The notes under the pieces were generated by a model. The model searched no databases and had not been told where the DNA came from. It saw nothing but the letters and a program-made list of their open reading frames with translations. A stretch of DNA of 64,000 nt, from the NCBI RefSeq assembly GCF_006345805.1, contig NC_043002.1, positions 82,832,001 through 82,896,000 on the forward strand, written 5' to 3'. The position numbers and the translations under genes were made by a program. Origin of the DNA: Octopus sinensis (taxonomy: Eukaryota). Shown here in pieces: positions 1 to 13,051 of the stretch (its first letter is position 1; every line of letters starts with the position of its first letter).

Positions 1-2392
1 TAAATAATTAGTTTGTACTGGTGATTTTCAGTTAGCATATGTAAAGTTCAAAAGTTGTTTCATGAACCTCATGGAATCAACTTGTCTTGTACTTCAGTTT
101 TCTATAGTGTTAAAGAACCTTGTATTAGGTGCCTGTCTATGGGTAGTAACTTCTTCAGAGACCTGGCATTTATTCCCAGAGAATTTTCCAATAATTTCTC
201 TTAGGTATCATGCTATTTTTTCCTGTCTTTGAATATTTTCTCAATCAAGTAAATTATGTCTTTCATTTTACAGAGCCTTATTTCTTTGAGGAGGTGAGAG
301 GTGGGAATCCATGTAATATATTAACTATTGGTACATGAATTAACTATTTAGCTTCTAAAATTAGATTAATAGATCGATCTTAAATTATTTACAGTCATCA
401 ACATGGAACATTTTATATATACACCAAATCTTTCATTTACTAATCTGTTTGCGTTAACCAATTCTTTCTCTATATTGCTTGTCATATTTCTAGTATGCAT
501 GCTTTGATTTAATTAATTTCAAATTGACATTGTATTGTCATTATATATTTACTTTTGGGTCACATGGAAATTTTTGAAAACTTGTTTAGAATGTAACTAG
601 ACTTAGTAAATGAATTAAAATTAATTAAGCAGCCAGTTTGGTTGTTACTACTACATATGAAACACTTTGATGAACATGATTATTTAGTTCATATAATTTA
701 ATTTTAAATAATTTTATGGATTATTTAAAACTGCCATGCTAAAATATTTGAAACTTTAGAAAATATAACACATCTATTTTGGTCAGTTATACTTTTTGAT
801 ATATCTTTTAAAATTTTCAAAGTTGATTTGAAATATTTGACTCACTAGATAGTGCATTTGGTTCAAATTACAAGATAGTTTCATCAATATGTGATAATGA
901 AATGTTTCAATTTGTCCAAAGAGAAAGCTGTCAAACTAACATATGACCATATGTAAACCTTTCTCAGTGAACTTTTTTATTAAACAAGTCAACAAAAGGT
1001 CTTTGATTAAGTTATCCACTGCAATGAAATCTTCAATCAAATCCCTACTGATTTAATTCCTTGTCTATTGGGCAATACTCTCATACTCCTAAAATAAACA
1101 TGCTAATAATGGTTTAGGGATAGAATCCTAGTCCAGTTTATATAATTGGTAAAATGATTAATTGCTAGCTCACAATTCTGAACTTCAGCCTTCTACAGTT
1201 CATTTAATCTTTTCAACCATTTGAGTTTCATAAAATAAACATTACTATAAGCATTTACATAAAACATTAGTGAATAAAGTATAGACTATGTACAGTGCAT
1301 TGCACTGCTATGTCCAAAGTAAATATTTGGTGATTCTATACTAGATACCTGGTGGTTAGAAAATTATTATGACAGAATTGGGAGTATTTCTAAATGGTTA
1401 GCAGATGATTATTATTTGTTACCTGGGGAGGGTAGGCATTACTGTTTGAGAGTTGACTAGGGACAACAATATGAGTTAGTCTAGACCAGCATTTCCTTAC
1501 CAGGCTTTCCTTGAGAGATAGCCTAGGGATTCCTCAAGAAAACTGAAAAATAGGTTAATTCTTTATTCATGATTTTATTGTATATGCACAATATACTCCC
1601 TAAGATAGGAAAATTCTGACATCTGTTGGTAGTGACCTCTTAACAAAGGAATTGTTGGGGAATTTGGCCTAATTATAGTCTTGGTTAAGATGTAATGTCT
1701 CACACCTTCTTTGTGACCTCTTTCATAGTTTATGATTTGTTGAATACATTCTAAAATTTAATTTTACTTATCTTTTTCTTTCTCATCTGTAAAGATATAT
1801 GAAAATTTTTTAGAAAAGTTCTGACACTTGGAAAGTATTTCAAAGTTTAGGAAGTCTAGGTTGTAACAAAATAAAATCAATACGTTTAGAAAAGCAGGCT
1901 CTCACACATGTATATGTTAATTTGTGTGTGATAAGCACAACTGAGTAAACCTGCACTATTCAGGGAATATAATCCTTATTTGTCTCAGATTAAATTAATA
2001 TGTATAAGATTTGACATGCTTCCAACATAAAAATTGTTTTCAATGTTTTGTATTTTCATCCCATAAAATAGAGACAAAATTCGATGAGCTACAATTGGTG
2101 AAGCTTGTTGTCACTTCTTTGTCAACAAATCATCCACTGGCTTTGCATCTTCAAAGATGTGTGGAGACAAAGCTCTCAAATAAGAGACCCCTTATTTAAA
2201 AAAAACAGTTAAGGGTTAGTGACAGGAAGGGCATCTGTCTGTGAAATAATGTCTCTATAATATATTCATCTCACCTGTGCTAGCAAGAAAAATGGATGTA
2301 AAAATGAATGAACTAACAAATGAATGTGTTATCAAGGTTTTGTTTTCCTTTAAACTGTCAAAAAATCTAGTGACAACCTGGGTTATATCAAT

Positions 2393-2733
2393 GGTATAAT
2401 ACTTTTGCAATAGCTGGAGAATGATAGTGATTAAATTGCCATCAAGAAACTCCAGAATTTTGAATGGAAACATTCCATACTTGTGTCATTTATTAAATTT
2501 AGTCCTCTATTCCAAATATTGAGCTCTACTTCTTTTGTTGCACATTTGTTTTATGTGTGTGTGTATTTTATATGTATATATACATACATACACACATACA
2601 TGAAAAATATATATATATATTAATTTAGAGATAGTAGGCCCCTTCATCTCACCTTATAAAAAAGAATTTTTATTTTAAATACCTACTGTTTTATAACTTG
2701 GCTACACGTGTTTCATGAGGTACAAGTTATAAA
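2393..2733. repeat. Copy 1 of a ~340-bp direct duplication (copy 2 at 3710-4048)
   Basis: The segment ggtataatacttttgcaatagc...gaggtacaagttataaa occurs at both loci, identical by eye apart from (TA)n length. Confidence 0.92.
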
Positions 2734-2803
2734 ACAGTAGGTATTTAAAATAAAAATTCTTTTTTATAAGGTGAGATGAAGGGACCTTCTATCTCTAAAT
2801 TAA
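2620..2803. repeat. Inverted repeat with ~81-bp arms and 22-nt loop, resembling a Penelope pseudo-LTR tail
   Basis: Arms 2620-2700 and 2723-2803 are reverse complements with about 2 mismatches. The repeat abuts (TA)n. Confidence 0.85.
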
Positions 2804-3036
2804 AATGTATATTTCTTCATTGAGAATAATTTGAACCTCTGTTATGCCAGAATTTTTATTCCCTAAGAAATAAAATTTAAATATATATGTGTGTGTGTGT
2901 GTGTGTTTAAGTTTTTGAATATGAATATAAATGCTCCTATTATATTATGCCGGCTACAGCCTAATGATACCAACCAGTAATAGCAGTTTTTTGGGGTTGC
3001 ACTGAGCTGTGCCGATATAATGCAGGATAAATATAG

Positions 3037-3323
3037 TAATAATAATCCATGGATGGAATTTATAGATATGCTAACGCACCACTAAGCATGTTTCCACAAA
3101 TCACATGTTTCTTACAATCATAGTCCATATTCCTGGGATGATTTACAATACAGTCCATAATATCCCTAGATATTGGGTGGATCATATTCATGCATTCGTT
3201 TCCATGGATACCACAGACTATACTGTAATCATCCCGGGAATATAGCCTATGATCGTAAGAAACATGTGATTCATGGAAACACGCATAGCAATGCATTAAA
3301 ATATTTATAAATTCCATTCGTGG

Positions 3324-3330
<7 letters not shown>
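3037..3330. repeat. Diverged inverted repeat (~130-bp arms) bounded by (TAA)n/(TTA)n
   Basis: aataatccatggatggaatttat... pairs with ...ataaattccattcgtggattatt, and aatcacatgtttcttac pairs with gtaagaaacatgtgatt. Confidence 0.8.
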
Positions 3331-3371
<41 letters not shown>

Positions 3372-3414
3372 GCTGTTTACTCACACACACACACACATAC
3401 ACATGCTTTTATTT

Positions 3415-4085
3415 GTTTATTTTACTTGTTTCAGTCACTAGACTGTGGCCTTGAAAGGTTTGGTCAATCAAATTGCCCCAAGTACTTATTTTAAAGACTA
3501 GTGCTTATTCTATTAGTTTATTTTTGCTGAACTGCTATGTTACAGGGATATAGACTCATCAGATGTCAAGTAATCAGAAACAAACACACAAAACACACAC
3601 ACACACACACACACACACATATGTGCAGGCTTCTGCACCATTTCTATCTACAAAATTCACTCTCAAACCATTGGTCAGCCAGGAGCTATGAAAGAAGATA
3701 CTTACTCAAGGTATAATACTTTTGCAATAGCTGGAGAATGATAGTGATTAAATTGCCATCAAGAAACTCCAGAATTTTGAATGGAAACATTCCATACTTG
3801 TGTCATTTATTAAATTTAGTCCTCTATTCCAAATATTGAGCTCTACTTCTTTTGTTGCACATTTGTTTTATGTGTGTGTGTATTTTATATGTATATATAC
3901 ATACATACACACATACATGAAAAATATATATATATTAATTTAGAGATAGTAGGCCCCTTCATCTCACCTTATAAAAAAGAATTTTTATTTTAAATACCTA
4001 CTGTTTTATAACTTGGCTACACGTGTTTCATGAGGTACAAGTTATAAACCCAAACTACTTGGTTGCAAACTGAACATTTTAACCA
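3415..4085 (-). mobile_element. SINE family A copy interrupted by the 340-bp duplication
   Basis: Tail ttttacttgtttcagtca, (CA)n linker, and a body ...gaagatacttactcaaggt that resumes as aacccaaactacttggttgcaa after the insert. Confidence 0.75.
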
Positions 4086-5395
4086 AACCTTTGGCTTTAC
4101 AATTTACTATCCACTTTTAGTAAGGAGAATAGCAAGGAAAATATGGTCAAATAAATGAATAGAAGAAAGGGATTATATATTCCAATGGGAAACAAATTTG
4201 TGTGTTGACTTTATTCGGGGGGGGGGTCTGTTATCTCTTACAATTCAGTGCTACTGTGATCGTTTGATAACTTTGTATCCTTTTATATATGTGTTAATTT
4301 TTAAGCCTTAGTTATTTTTTTTAATTAAAAATTTTTTTTTGTTAGCTATATATTGGGATGTAGGTGAAATTGGTTGGAAGAAAATAAATTATCCTAGCTA
4401 ACTAAACTGAAACAGGCTTGATGGAAAAAAAAGAAATTTGGTTTCCAAAAATTGAGAAAAATTACTCTCACTGTTTACTTTCAACAGTTAAGAAATCTGA
4501 TTGTGTAGGAACCATAAATTGATGGGAAAGATTGATTATGATAAATTACATATATATGCTTAAAACATGCCATATTATAGTATTGTTGTAGAATGAAACT
4601 CTTTGATAAACCCCAAGTTATTGGCAGCACAGTGTGGTGTATTGAACATTCTCTGGTTACTGTGATGTCTTCTGTGAGCTAAGTTATTTCTTTGTTGCTA
4701 TAAATTAGTTCTTCTCAGTAAACAGAATTAAATAAATTTTGAGGAAAATTTAAAGATTTGAAACTGAAATGATTTCAGTAACTTTGGATATTCCTCCAGA
4801 TTTGATCTGATAGCAACACACACTTTGGTATACTGAAGTTTTGAATTTTCAATTGTGTTAATGTATTAGCATTGAATTAATTCCTCCTATTTAGGTAGTG
4901 TTTTAATTTACTGTTATCAGTTGTGCTTTAGCATAGGACTTTACATAATAAGTTGTTCATGTATATTGTAGTTAGGAGCTATGATTACATAACAACATCA
5001 TTATTACCATAGCAGCCCACAATAAGGATTAAAAGAGACTTGTGCCAAAATAAGAAAGGATTATCATACAGCCCTTTTGATCTGAACCTACTTGATATCA
5101 AACATTTTCCTCTTTCCATTTGCACTACTTGTAAATGAAGAACAGATTTAAAAAGGAAAATATTTTGTTGAAGTGTTGATTTGAGTTCTCTCTAGTTTGC
5201 AGCTTGTGTTAGCTTCTACTCTCTACTGTTAAACATTTATTTTGAGACTAATTTTGTAAAATGAATTTGTAGGAAAAATTTAAAATGTTAATGAAAAAAA
5301 TGTTTCATAAAATCTGTTTGATTTATTCTGCTATGATATTTGCTGTAATGTATCAGAAGAAATATTTCCAAAATTTCCTTTTTTGTCTTTTACAG

Positions 5396-5505
5396 AGTGG
5401 CTACAATCTTCTTGTACAATTGGCTCCTGTGTTGATATTAATATTCTTATCCTTAATGGGAAGTTTCCTTGTACCAGATGCACCATTCAGTTTACATCGA
5501 TCACA
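5396..5505 (+). CDS. DNAJB12: DnaJ homolog subfamily B member 12/14-like, internal exon (TM helix)
   Basis: Polypyrimidine tract plus tacag acceptor, CA|gtgagt donor. Encodes SGYNLLVQLAPVLILIFLSLMGSFLVPDAPFSLHRS, matching the DNAJB12/14 TM segment. The phase-2 end joins the next exon in frame. B12 and B14 cannot be told apart from this sequence. Confidence 0.92.
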
Positions 5506-5699
5506 GTGAGTGTTAATCTATAACTAAACTACAAATTTCTAATTATATTATTGTATTAATGTGAATGCTTCTATCTACATAAAAGTAATATATTTTACTT
5601 GAGGTCTATTTACTGAAGTGCTGACATTAATATTAAAAATGCTTACTTGATATTCTAAAATATTTTTTATAAGAACTATATGAAAAGGTAAACTAAGTC

Positions 5700-5970
5700 T
5701 AGGGAACAATTATTACCTCTGCTGGTAACAAAAGGTTTCTCTCTCATGAAGAGCAGATTGTATGATACTTCTGTGCAGAGTATGATGCTGCATAATAGCT
5801 GGACATGGGCCTTGAATGCAGAGGATTTGCAATGGTTGGAAAAAGAATTGAGTAGATTATTCTAGATGTGTAATGTTAATGTACCTGACCACTGGAGCAT
5901 AAATAAGCTGAGGAATTTGATGCAGTGTGGTAGAGAAAGGGCTATGATGACACAGGCATGGAGAATGCCA
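5700..5970 (+). pseudogene. Old RTE LINE fragment (RT C-terminal region)
   Basis: Reads KGFSL..SRLYDTSVQSMMLHNSWTWALNAEDLQWLE, colinear with KGLSLRVKGRLYDACVRTAMLHGSETWAVTAEDMRRLE in the RTE at about 15 kb. Confidence 0.75.
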
Positions 5971-6784
5971 ATTGAGTAAAGTTGGTGAATTAGCAGAAGA
6001 ATTAGAATATGTGGTATATTCTACCTTCTTGTGTTCTGAATTCAAATCCTGTTGAAGTCAGCTTTTCATTTCATCCTTCTGGGTTTGATAAATAAAGTGC
6101 CACTTTAGAATGGAGGAATCATTAGAGCATTGTGTAGGATGCCTTGTGGTATTTTTTCCAGTTCTTTATGCTCTAAGTTCTACTCATGCCATGGCTTACT
6201 TGCTTGCCTGGTAGACCTTCCCAGGTTAATACCACAAACTGGTCCTTGAATACATTAGCTGAGTCCTCTGTACTGCAAGAATTTAGACTAAGGTCTCAAG
6301 TTTTAGAATAACTTCCTTCCTCCTTCCTACCGTATCAGAAGTAGGAAGTAGTTGGCAAATGAATAGAGACAATATCAGGTAGAGAGGATTGATTCTTTAA
6401 AGCCAGGGACAAGCAAACCTCCTTGGACCTAGTGTCAGTACACCCTGTAAAGCAGTTGACCCATTTAAATCATGACAGCATAGAAGAGTGAATGTAAAAT
6501 GAGAATGTTTTATAAAATCAGTTTTGAATCTCAACTGTAAACTATCCTTGAACTTTTTTTTTTTTTTTTTGCAATGTATTATGTTATTGCCTGACTTTGT
6601 GCATATGCTGCATTTCATCATATAAATCGACTGTAAATTTGGGCTGGTTAAAGAGCATATCTGCTATTTGTTAACTGATATATTGGGCTTTGAACAAACA
6701 TTATATTTAATAAAAATTGATTTATGTGTGTCACATCTTGTGGTAAATTATGATGGCTATCTTGGTTGTATTTTCTATTCTCAG

Positions 6785-6948
6785 GAAATATTCAAATGAA
6801 AAGAAAACAAATCAACTTAAAGTACAATATTTTGTGAAAGACGATTTCCATATCGATTCCAATTATGATTTACGGAGAATAGAGAGACAAGTAGAGGATG
6901 AATATGTTTCAAATCTACGTACCAGTTGTTTCAAAGAAAGAAGTTACA
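6785..6948 (+). CDS. DNAJB12: DNAJB12/14-like exon, DUF1977 luminal domain
   Basis: ctcag acceptor and A|gtaagt donor. Encodes KYSNEKKTNQLKVQYFVKDDF...LRRIERQVEDEYVSNLRTSCFKERSY, matching the conserved ExxVExxYxxxLRxxCxxE pattern. Confidence 0.93.
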
Positions 6949-7786
6949 GTAAGTTTTTGACATTTTCACTAGAAAGAAAACATTTTGTTTGTTTGCTAGT
7001 TTTTGGGGGGATTTTTTTAATGGATTTTTTGGTGGTGGTTGTTGAAGTTCATATTTTATTTTATTAAAGTTCATTTTACATATCTAAATAATTATTTCTT
7101 CTAAGGTTACCATGAGTGGACAAAATCTAAACCCTCCTGTATCATCTGTCTTTTACTTGATTCAGTCATAAGACTAGGCATGCTGGGGTACTGTTTTGAA
7201 GGGTTTTAGTTGAACAGATCAACCCACCCCCCTCCAGTACTTATTTTCCTAAAGTTTGATAGTTATTCTTGCACTAAATTGCTAAGTTATGGGATGTAAG
7301 CAAACTAACACCAGTTGTCAAGCAGTGGAGGAGGAACAGACAAATACTCAGACACTCATGGTTTCCATCTACCAAATTCACTCACAAGGCATTGGTCGTC
7401 CCAAGGCTATATCGTTGAAGACACTTGCCCCAGATTCTGTTCAGTGGGACTGAATTCAAAACCGTGTGGTTGCAAAGCCATACCTTATCATCATTAGTTA
7501 TAATTTATCATTGAATAAAACCTTTCACTAGAATTTTATTTGGTCATAAAGATCCTAGTATATATCAGAATTCATTCTGATTTCATTTTATGGAATTTTT
7601 ATGGGTTTTAATTAAAAGAAGGTTGTTTTTACTTTATTTCATTTTTAAACATGTCATCATATGAATCGATTATAACTATTGTAAATTCTTTCAGTAGATT
7701 CTACAATATAATTTTATTTTGTTTAGTTCTTCAATCCTTTTAAAAAAATCTCTTACATTTTTCTTATTTTTTTCCCCTTTTTGCAG

Positions 7787-7899
7787 AAGAAACTTTGATT
7801 TGGCGAGCAAAGAATTATGGTGATTCAAAATTATATAAGAAAGCTATGAATATGGAAGTTCCTTCATGTAATCATCTAAACAATTTGTATGGAGGCTGA
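7787..7899 (+). CDS. DNAJB12: DNAJB12/14-like terminal coding exon
   Basis: ttttgcag acceptor. A+AA gives K, then ETLIWRAKNYGDSKLYKKAMNMEVPSCNHLNNLYGG* with TGA at 7897-7899. Matches the RAxxxGD...PSCxxL C-terminus. Not in the ORF track. Confidence 0.93.
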
Positions 7900-8566
7900 A
7901 ACTCCTGCAGTGTGCCTATTTGGCCTAACCCACTAACTTTTTTTAATCTGGCCAGTGTGAAGGATAGTTATATAACTTTTGTTAATGTTGTACAAAACTG
8001 GAACCTCTGGCAACAAACATCCCACATTAATTATGTATAGACATACGCTATTATTTAAAAAAAAAAATAAATAAAAAAATAAACAAAAACAAACCTAAAA
8101 GAAATTTAAAAAAAAAAAACACTCATGTCAAATCCGTTTTGACATAAAATCACTTTTTGCAACTAATGTCCACTGTAAATGAAGGAAGGCTGTATTTCTG
8201 AATTTGCTCTTTATGAAGTCTGCTCATGGCTCTGGGAAATGTACTTTGATTGTTAGTATTAAGCTAAGACCATTTCATCAGAGAAGACAAGCAAGTAAGG
8301 CATGTTAATGTCCAGCATTGGCTGGGCTCCCTCTCTCACTTTCCTGCTTTCTCTTTCTCTCTCTCTCTCTCTATTTATTTCATTTGCTCCCTTATTTCAT
8401 TCTATCGATAACCAAAGATGATTTAAGAATCAGGACATAATAGATTACATATTCCATCTTTTTTTTTTCTTTTCACATTTTTTTTTTGTTAATCTTTTAA
8501 TGTTCTTGAAATTGTATAAATTAAAGGAAAAGGTAAAAATGGAAATTATTTACTTTTACTTCAACT

Positions 8567-8617
<51 letters not shown>

Positions 8618-11600
8618 TTCTCCCTTTTTCTTCTGTTTTTTTTATGGGGGGAGTGTTTAAATAATATTAAAGAATGCCAAATTTATATTCTCTATACTGT
8701 TAATCTCATTTCATTTAGGTGAAAGTCCTCAAGTCCATGTTTTACAGCTCTTCAAGTGATTTCTATAACATTTGATTGTTTACTATTATCACATTTTGTT
8801 GGAAGTCTTAATGTAGACTAAATTATATTTTCTTTTCCAAAATAAATTGTCATTGTTTCCTAACATTTATGTTTATGAATCAATTTAAAATTTTTTCAAT
8901 CAAAATTATTATTACTACTACAGTGAGTACTACTTCTACTACTACTACTACTACTATTACAAATTTTATGTCATAAATTTTAAATGTGTATATACTTCTC
9001 TAAAATTTCACTTGAGTATATGTATTTTAGAGAAAGGAATTTATTGAAATCTTTTTCAGAATTTAATTTTAGGACTTTTTTTTTTTAATTGCTATACAGT
9101 TGGGGTTTTGTTTTTAATCGTTTTGTTTGTTTATATAAATATACTCTAACAATGCATTTGATCTAAGATGAATTTTAAAAATTTGCTTGGCTCTTTTATG
9201 CAAAATGTGTGGTTTACCTTTTTTGTTTTGATTAGTTGAGATTATTAATCAAGGGAAGCCATGTGTAAATTTTGTTTTCTTTTGCCAAGATAGTCAGTTT
9301 TGAAGTGTTCCTGACATCAATCTGAGTTTTTATACCAAGCCAAGCAATTTTTCGGTAGACAGCCTTCTGATGCTGCACAAAGATCAAGTCTTTGTTGGTG
9401 ATATTTTTGCACTTGCTGTCACTGTGTACTGTCTACTATGTAGACCTACACCAGCAGTTTTTTTTTTTTTTTTTTTGAGTTTTAAAAAAAAATTTTTTAT
9501 TTTTTGTGTGAATGATTGGCTTTCTTGCTGACAATTACTTCATACCATGAAGTTAGGTTTTCGCCCACCTATCAATTACTCCTCTCTTCAACAAACAGCT
9601 TGGGGAAAAAAATGATCTACACAACACATAAGGTTGTGATCCAGGAATATTTCTATAATTCTTTTAACAATACTCCCCTGTCTTGTTTTAATTTATTAAA
9701 TTTAATTTATTTATGTACATACACTTCATAGAATTTTTTTTTAATTTTAAATGATTAATAAATGCTGGAAAGATTCATTTTTCTGTTTTCTTTCCCCTGA
9801 TCCACCCCAATGTTCTACATCAAATAAGAATTAGTAAAAAATAATAATAAAAAAATAGCAATTTTTCTTTTATAAGAATATAGCATTAAAATAGGACTAA
9901 TCTGCATGGAGCATTGTTCTATATTTCTATCAATATTGGAATATTGTAATAAAACCAAATAATAATTGAAGTATAAGCAGAACATTATTTTAATTTAAAT
10001 TTGTATATAATTAAAGTGGAGTTTGGTCATTTTAGTTTCTTTCTATCCATCCTTTTATTCTGTTATTTTTCTTTCTCCAGAAAATATGTATAACTGTCTC
10101 AATGTTTAAAATAATCAAAATAATAGCATTAATTAACTTTTAGCTAGCTATAGGAAACAGAAATTTTCTTTTTGTCATAATCTGTGATAATATCTAATTC
10201 ATTTATTGATTTAGAGTATTACTTTTTATTTCCCATAATAATAATAAAAGTACCCTATTGTTTCTATGCACATTAATCAAAAATCTCTTTATGAAGTTAG
10301 TTGATGAATTAAATATGTTTCTTTAAATCACAAGTTTTGATTAAGTATCCGAAGCAGAAACAACTGCAGTAAATCTAGTGACTGCCAGCCTTAAGAAACT
10401 GGCAAATAAATTGCCCTAGAAGATAACTTGACAAGAAATAAGGTTTTGCATACCTCTCTATCAGTAAGTTGTTAAAAAAATTTTTTTAAATGCATGAAAC
10501 AGAAGCCTTTATTACATAACTTATATACATATATATATATGTAGCCCAGGTATTTTTTTTAACTTAGTTTTTGATTGATACCTTTCTATATATATATATA
10601 TAATGTCCATTTTTCCGTGCTGGCATGGGATGGATGAATGCATATTATTGAGGCATTGTTTTATAGCCAGATGCCCTTCCTGTCAGTAACCCTTATTTGC
10701 TTATCAAATAAGAGGAAATTTTTATTCTACAAAAGTGCAGAGCTTGAGGATGGTTTATTGACAGGGAATGTAAATTCATTGTGCGTGTGTGTGTGGTCCC
10801 CTTTCAAACACTTTAATTCATCTTTTCACTCTCATCTGTTGGCATAAAGTTGCCCTCTTGAGGTTTGTAATCTTACAAATTGTATGATGGCCTCACTAGT
10901 GCTGGAAGCACAAAAAAAGCACTCCATGCATGCTATAAAGTTGTTGGCATTAGGAAGGGTGTCCAACTATAGAAACCATGCCAAGGCAGACACTGGAGCA
11001 CAATGCAGTCCTTGTGCTCATCGGATCCTGTTAAACCGTCCAACCCATGCCAGCATGGAACATGGACGTTAAATGATGATGAAATACATATATACACCAC
11101 ACTCATGCACACACATTCATGTGTCATTGCATTATCTTATTCAGAAATTCTTATATCTAGCATTATGAATTTTCAGGCAATCTATGATTTTGTTAACTGT
11201 TTCATTAACAGCAATAATTAGCCAATCTACATACACTGTTTTTCATGGTAGTACTATGTACACCTATTGCTATATATATATATTTATATATACAGATTTA
11301 AAGGTACTAACGTATATGTTCTGCACATTCCTTTTCCTCCCTAACTCATGTGGCTGCAAGATATCTGTGATTCTTAAGTAAACTAGAACCACTTTTAAGC
11401 ATAGTTTTATAGCAGTACAATTGTTACTGCACATTGTAGATGGTATTGGTATCTTTGTTAACTCTGACCAGGTGAGTTGATGGTATCATTTTTAGATTAT
11501 GTTTTCTAGCCATTGTTTCCATGCTAGCATGAATAAGATGATTTATTTATTTATTTTTTTTTTTTTTTATTAGAGCAGCTGTTTTAACTAAGCACTCCAC

Positions 11601-12200
11601 TATGAAGTAGGAGAGGAACTAGTTGTCAGCCAGGCAGTCTGAGGCAAGCAGTGTCATATGCTTTGCCCAGGGGTGTAACTCATTGACTGTAGTATGGTTT
11701 GAATTCATCACCATATAGTCAATAGTCCAGTACTTTAACCCCTACAGTAATTGTGCCTCTTGATTGCCTATTAATTAACAGTAATGTATTGTATGAAAAA
11801 AAAAAAATAATAATTGTGCTTTGTTTTTTTCTGTAAATTATTTCATAACCTCTAGTCCTGAAATTGGAGATATGTTGGCATGAAATTTTATGTTAACTTT
11901 GTTTTACAAATAAATAAATAATAAAAACATTACACTCACCAATATGGATACGGCTGGAATAACAAAAAAATAAAAAAAATAAAAATATCAATAGAGTTAG
12001 GAGGTCGCTGATTTGACACAATTGTTGACATTCAGAAGAATATGACAGCAGAAGTGAATTCCCTCACATCAGATAAGTTTTTTCCCCCACTCTCTGGTCT
12101 CTTTCGAAAGTTTATATGAACCTTGTAACAAGAGCAGTTGACCAATTAAAGACTTTTCTGAGAATAATAGTTAATAAATATGTTGATTTTATTATTGTTG
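7900..12200 (+). other. Probable long 3' UTR of the DNAJB12/14-like gene (end uncertain)
   Basis: U-rich, largely repeat-poor sequence after the stop. AATAAA signals lie near 8067, 8841, 9948, 10243, 11910 and 12174, the last followed by a GU/U-rich tract. Confidence 0.35.
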
Positions 12201-12600
12201 TTCATTGAAATGACTTTTTTTTCCTTGCTCCTTTAAATATGTGGTAATATGTGGTAACTGAATAATGGAAATGTGAGTTTTGGGGCTCATTCTTTACTAA
12301 AGATTGCATTTGGTTGTTCTGTGAGAAAACTTACCTGCATTAATTTACTGCTCTCTAAGTTGGATTGTTTATTCCACTGTTCAACATGCTTTTTCTCCTG
12401 ACTAGCATGGGATGGAAAGTGACATGATTGGAGTAAGATTTTACAACCAGATGCTCTTCCTGTTGCCAACCTTTATCTGTTTTTCATGCAAGAGATTTTT
12501 TTTTATTCACAGGTCTTTGAAAGTGTATGGTCACAAAGTCATGAAAGAATGTTAACATATTTTAACATTTCACTCAAATGAATCTGAAATGTCAACAGTC

Positions 12601-12970
12601 AGGTGCAGGCATGGCAAGAAGTTTGCTTCCCAACCACATGGTTCTGGGTTCAGTCCTACTGCATGGCACCTTGGGCAAGTGTCTTCTATAGCCTCGGGCC
12701 AACCAAAGCGTTGTGAGTGAATTTGGTAGATGGAAACTATGAAAAGCCTGTGTGTGTGCCTTAGTCTGCTTTTGACCCACCACCACTTGACATCTGGTAT
12801 TAGTTTGTTTACATCCCCATAATTAGTAGTTCAGCAAGAGAGACCAATAGAGTAAATACCAGACTTTAAAAAGAAATGTAATGGGGCCAATTCATTCAAC
12901 TAAAATTCTTCAGAGCAGAACTCGAGCATACTACAGTGTGATGACTGAAACAAGTAAAAAATAAGAAAAA
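12601..12970 (+). mobile_element. tRNA-derived SINE family A
   Basis: Head with the B-box ggttcagtcc, core ggcaccttgggcaagtgtcttct and tail atgactgaaacaagtaaaa, all shared with many copies in the window. Confidence 0.85.
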
Positions 12971-12990
12971 GAGATTTAAACACTTCTGTG

Positions 12991-13051
<61 letters not shown>

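Noticed and set aside
5285-7067. ORFs 5285-5509 and 6750-7067 as standalone genes
   Set aside because: Only their spliced portions are coding. The flanks are intronic read-through.
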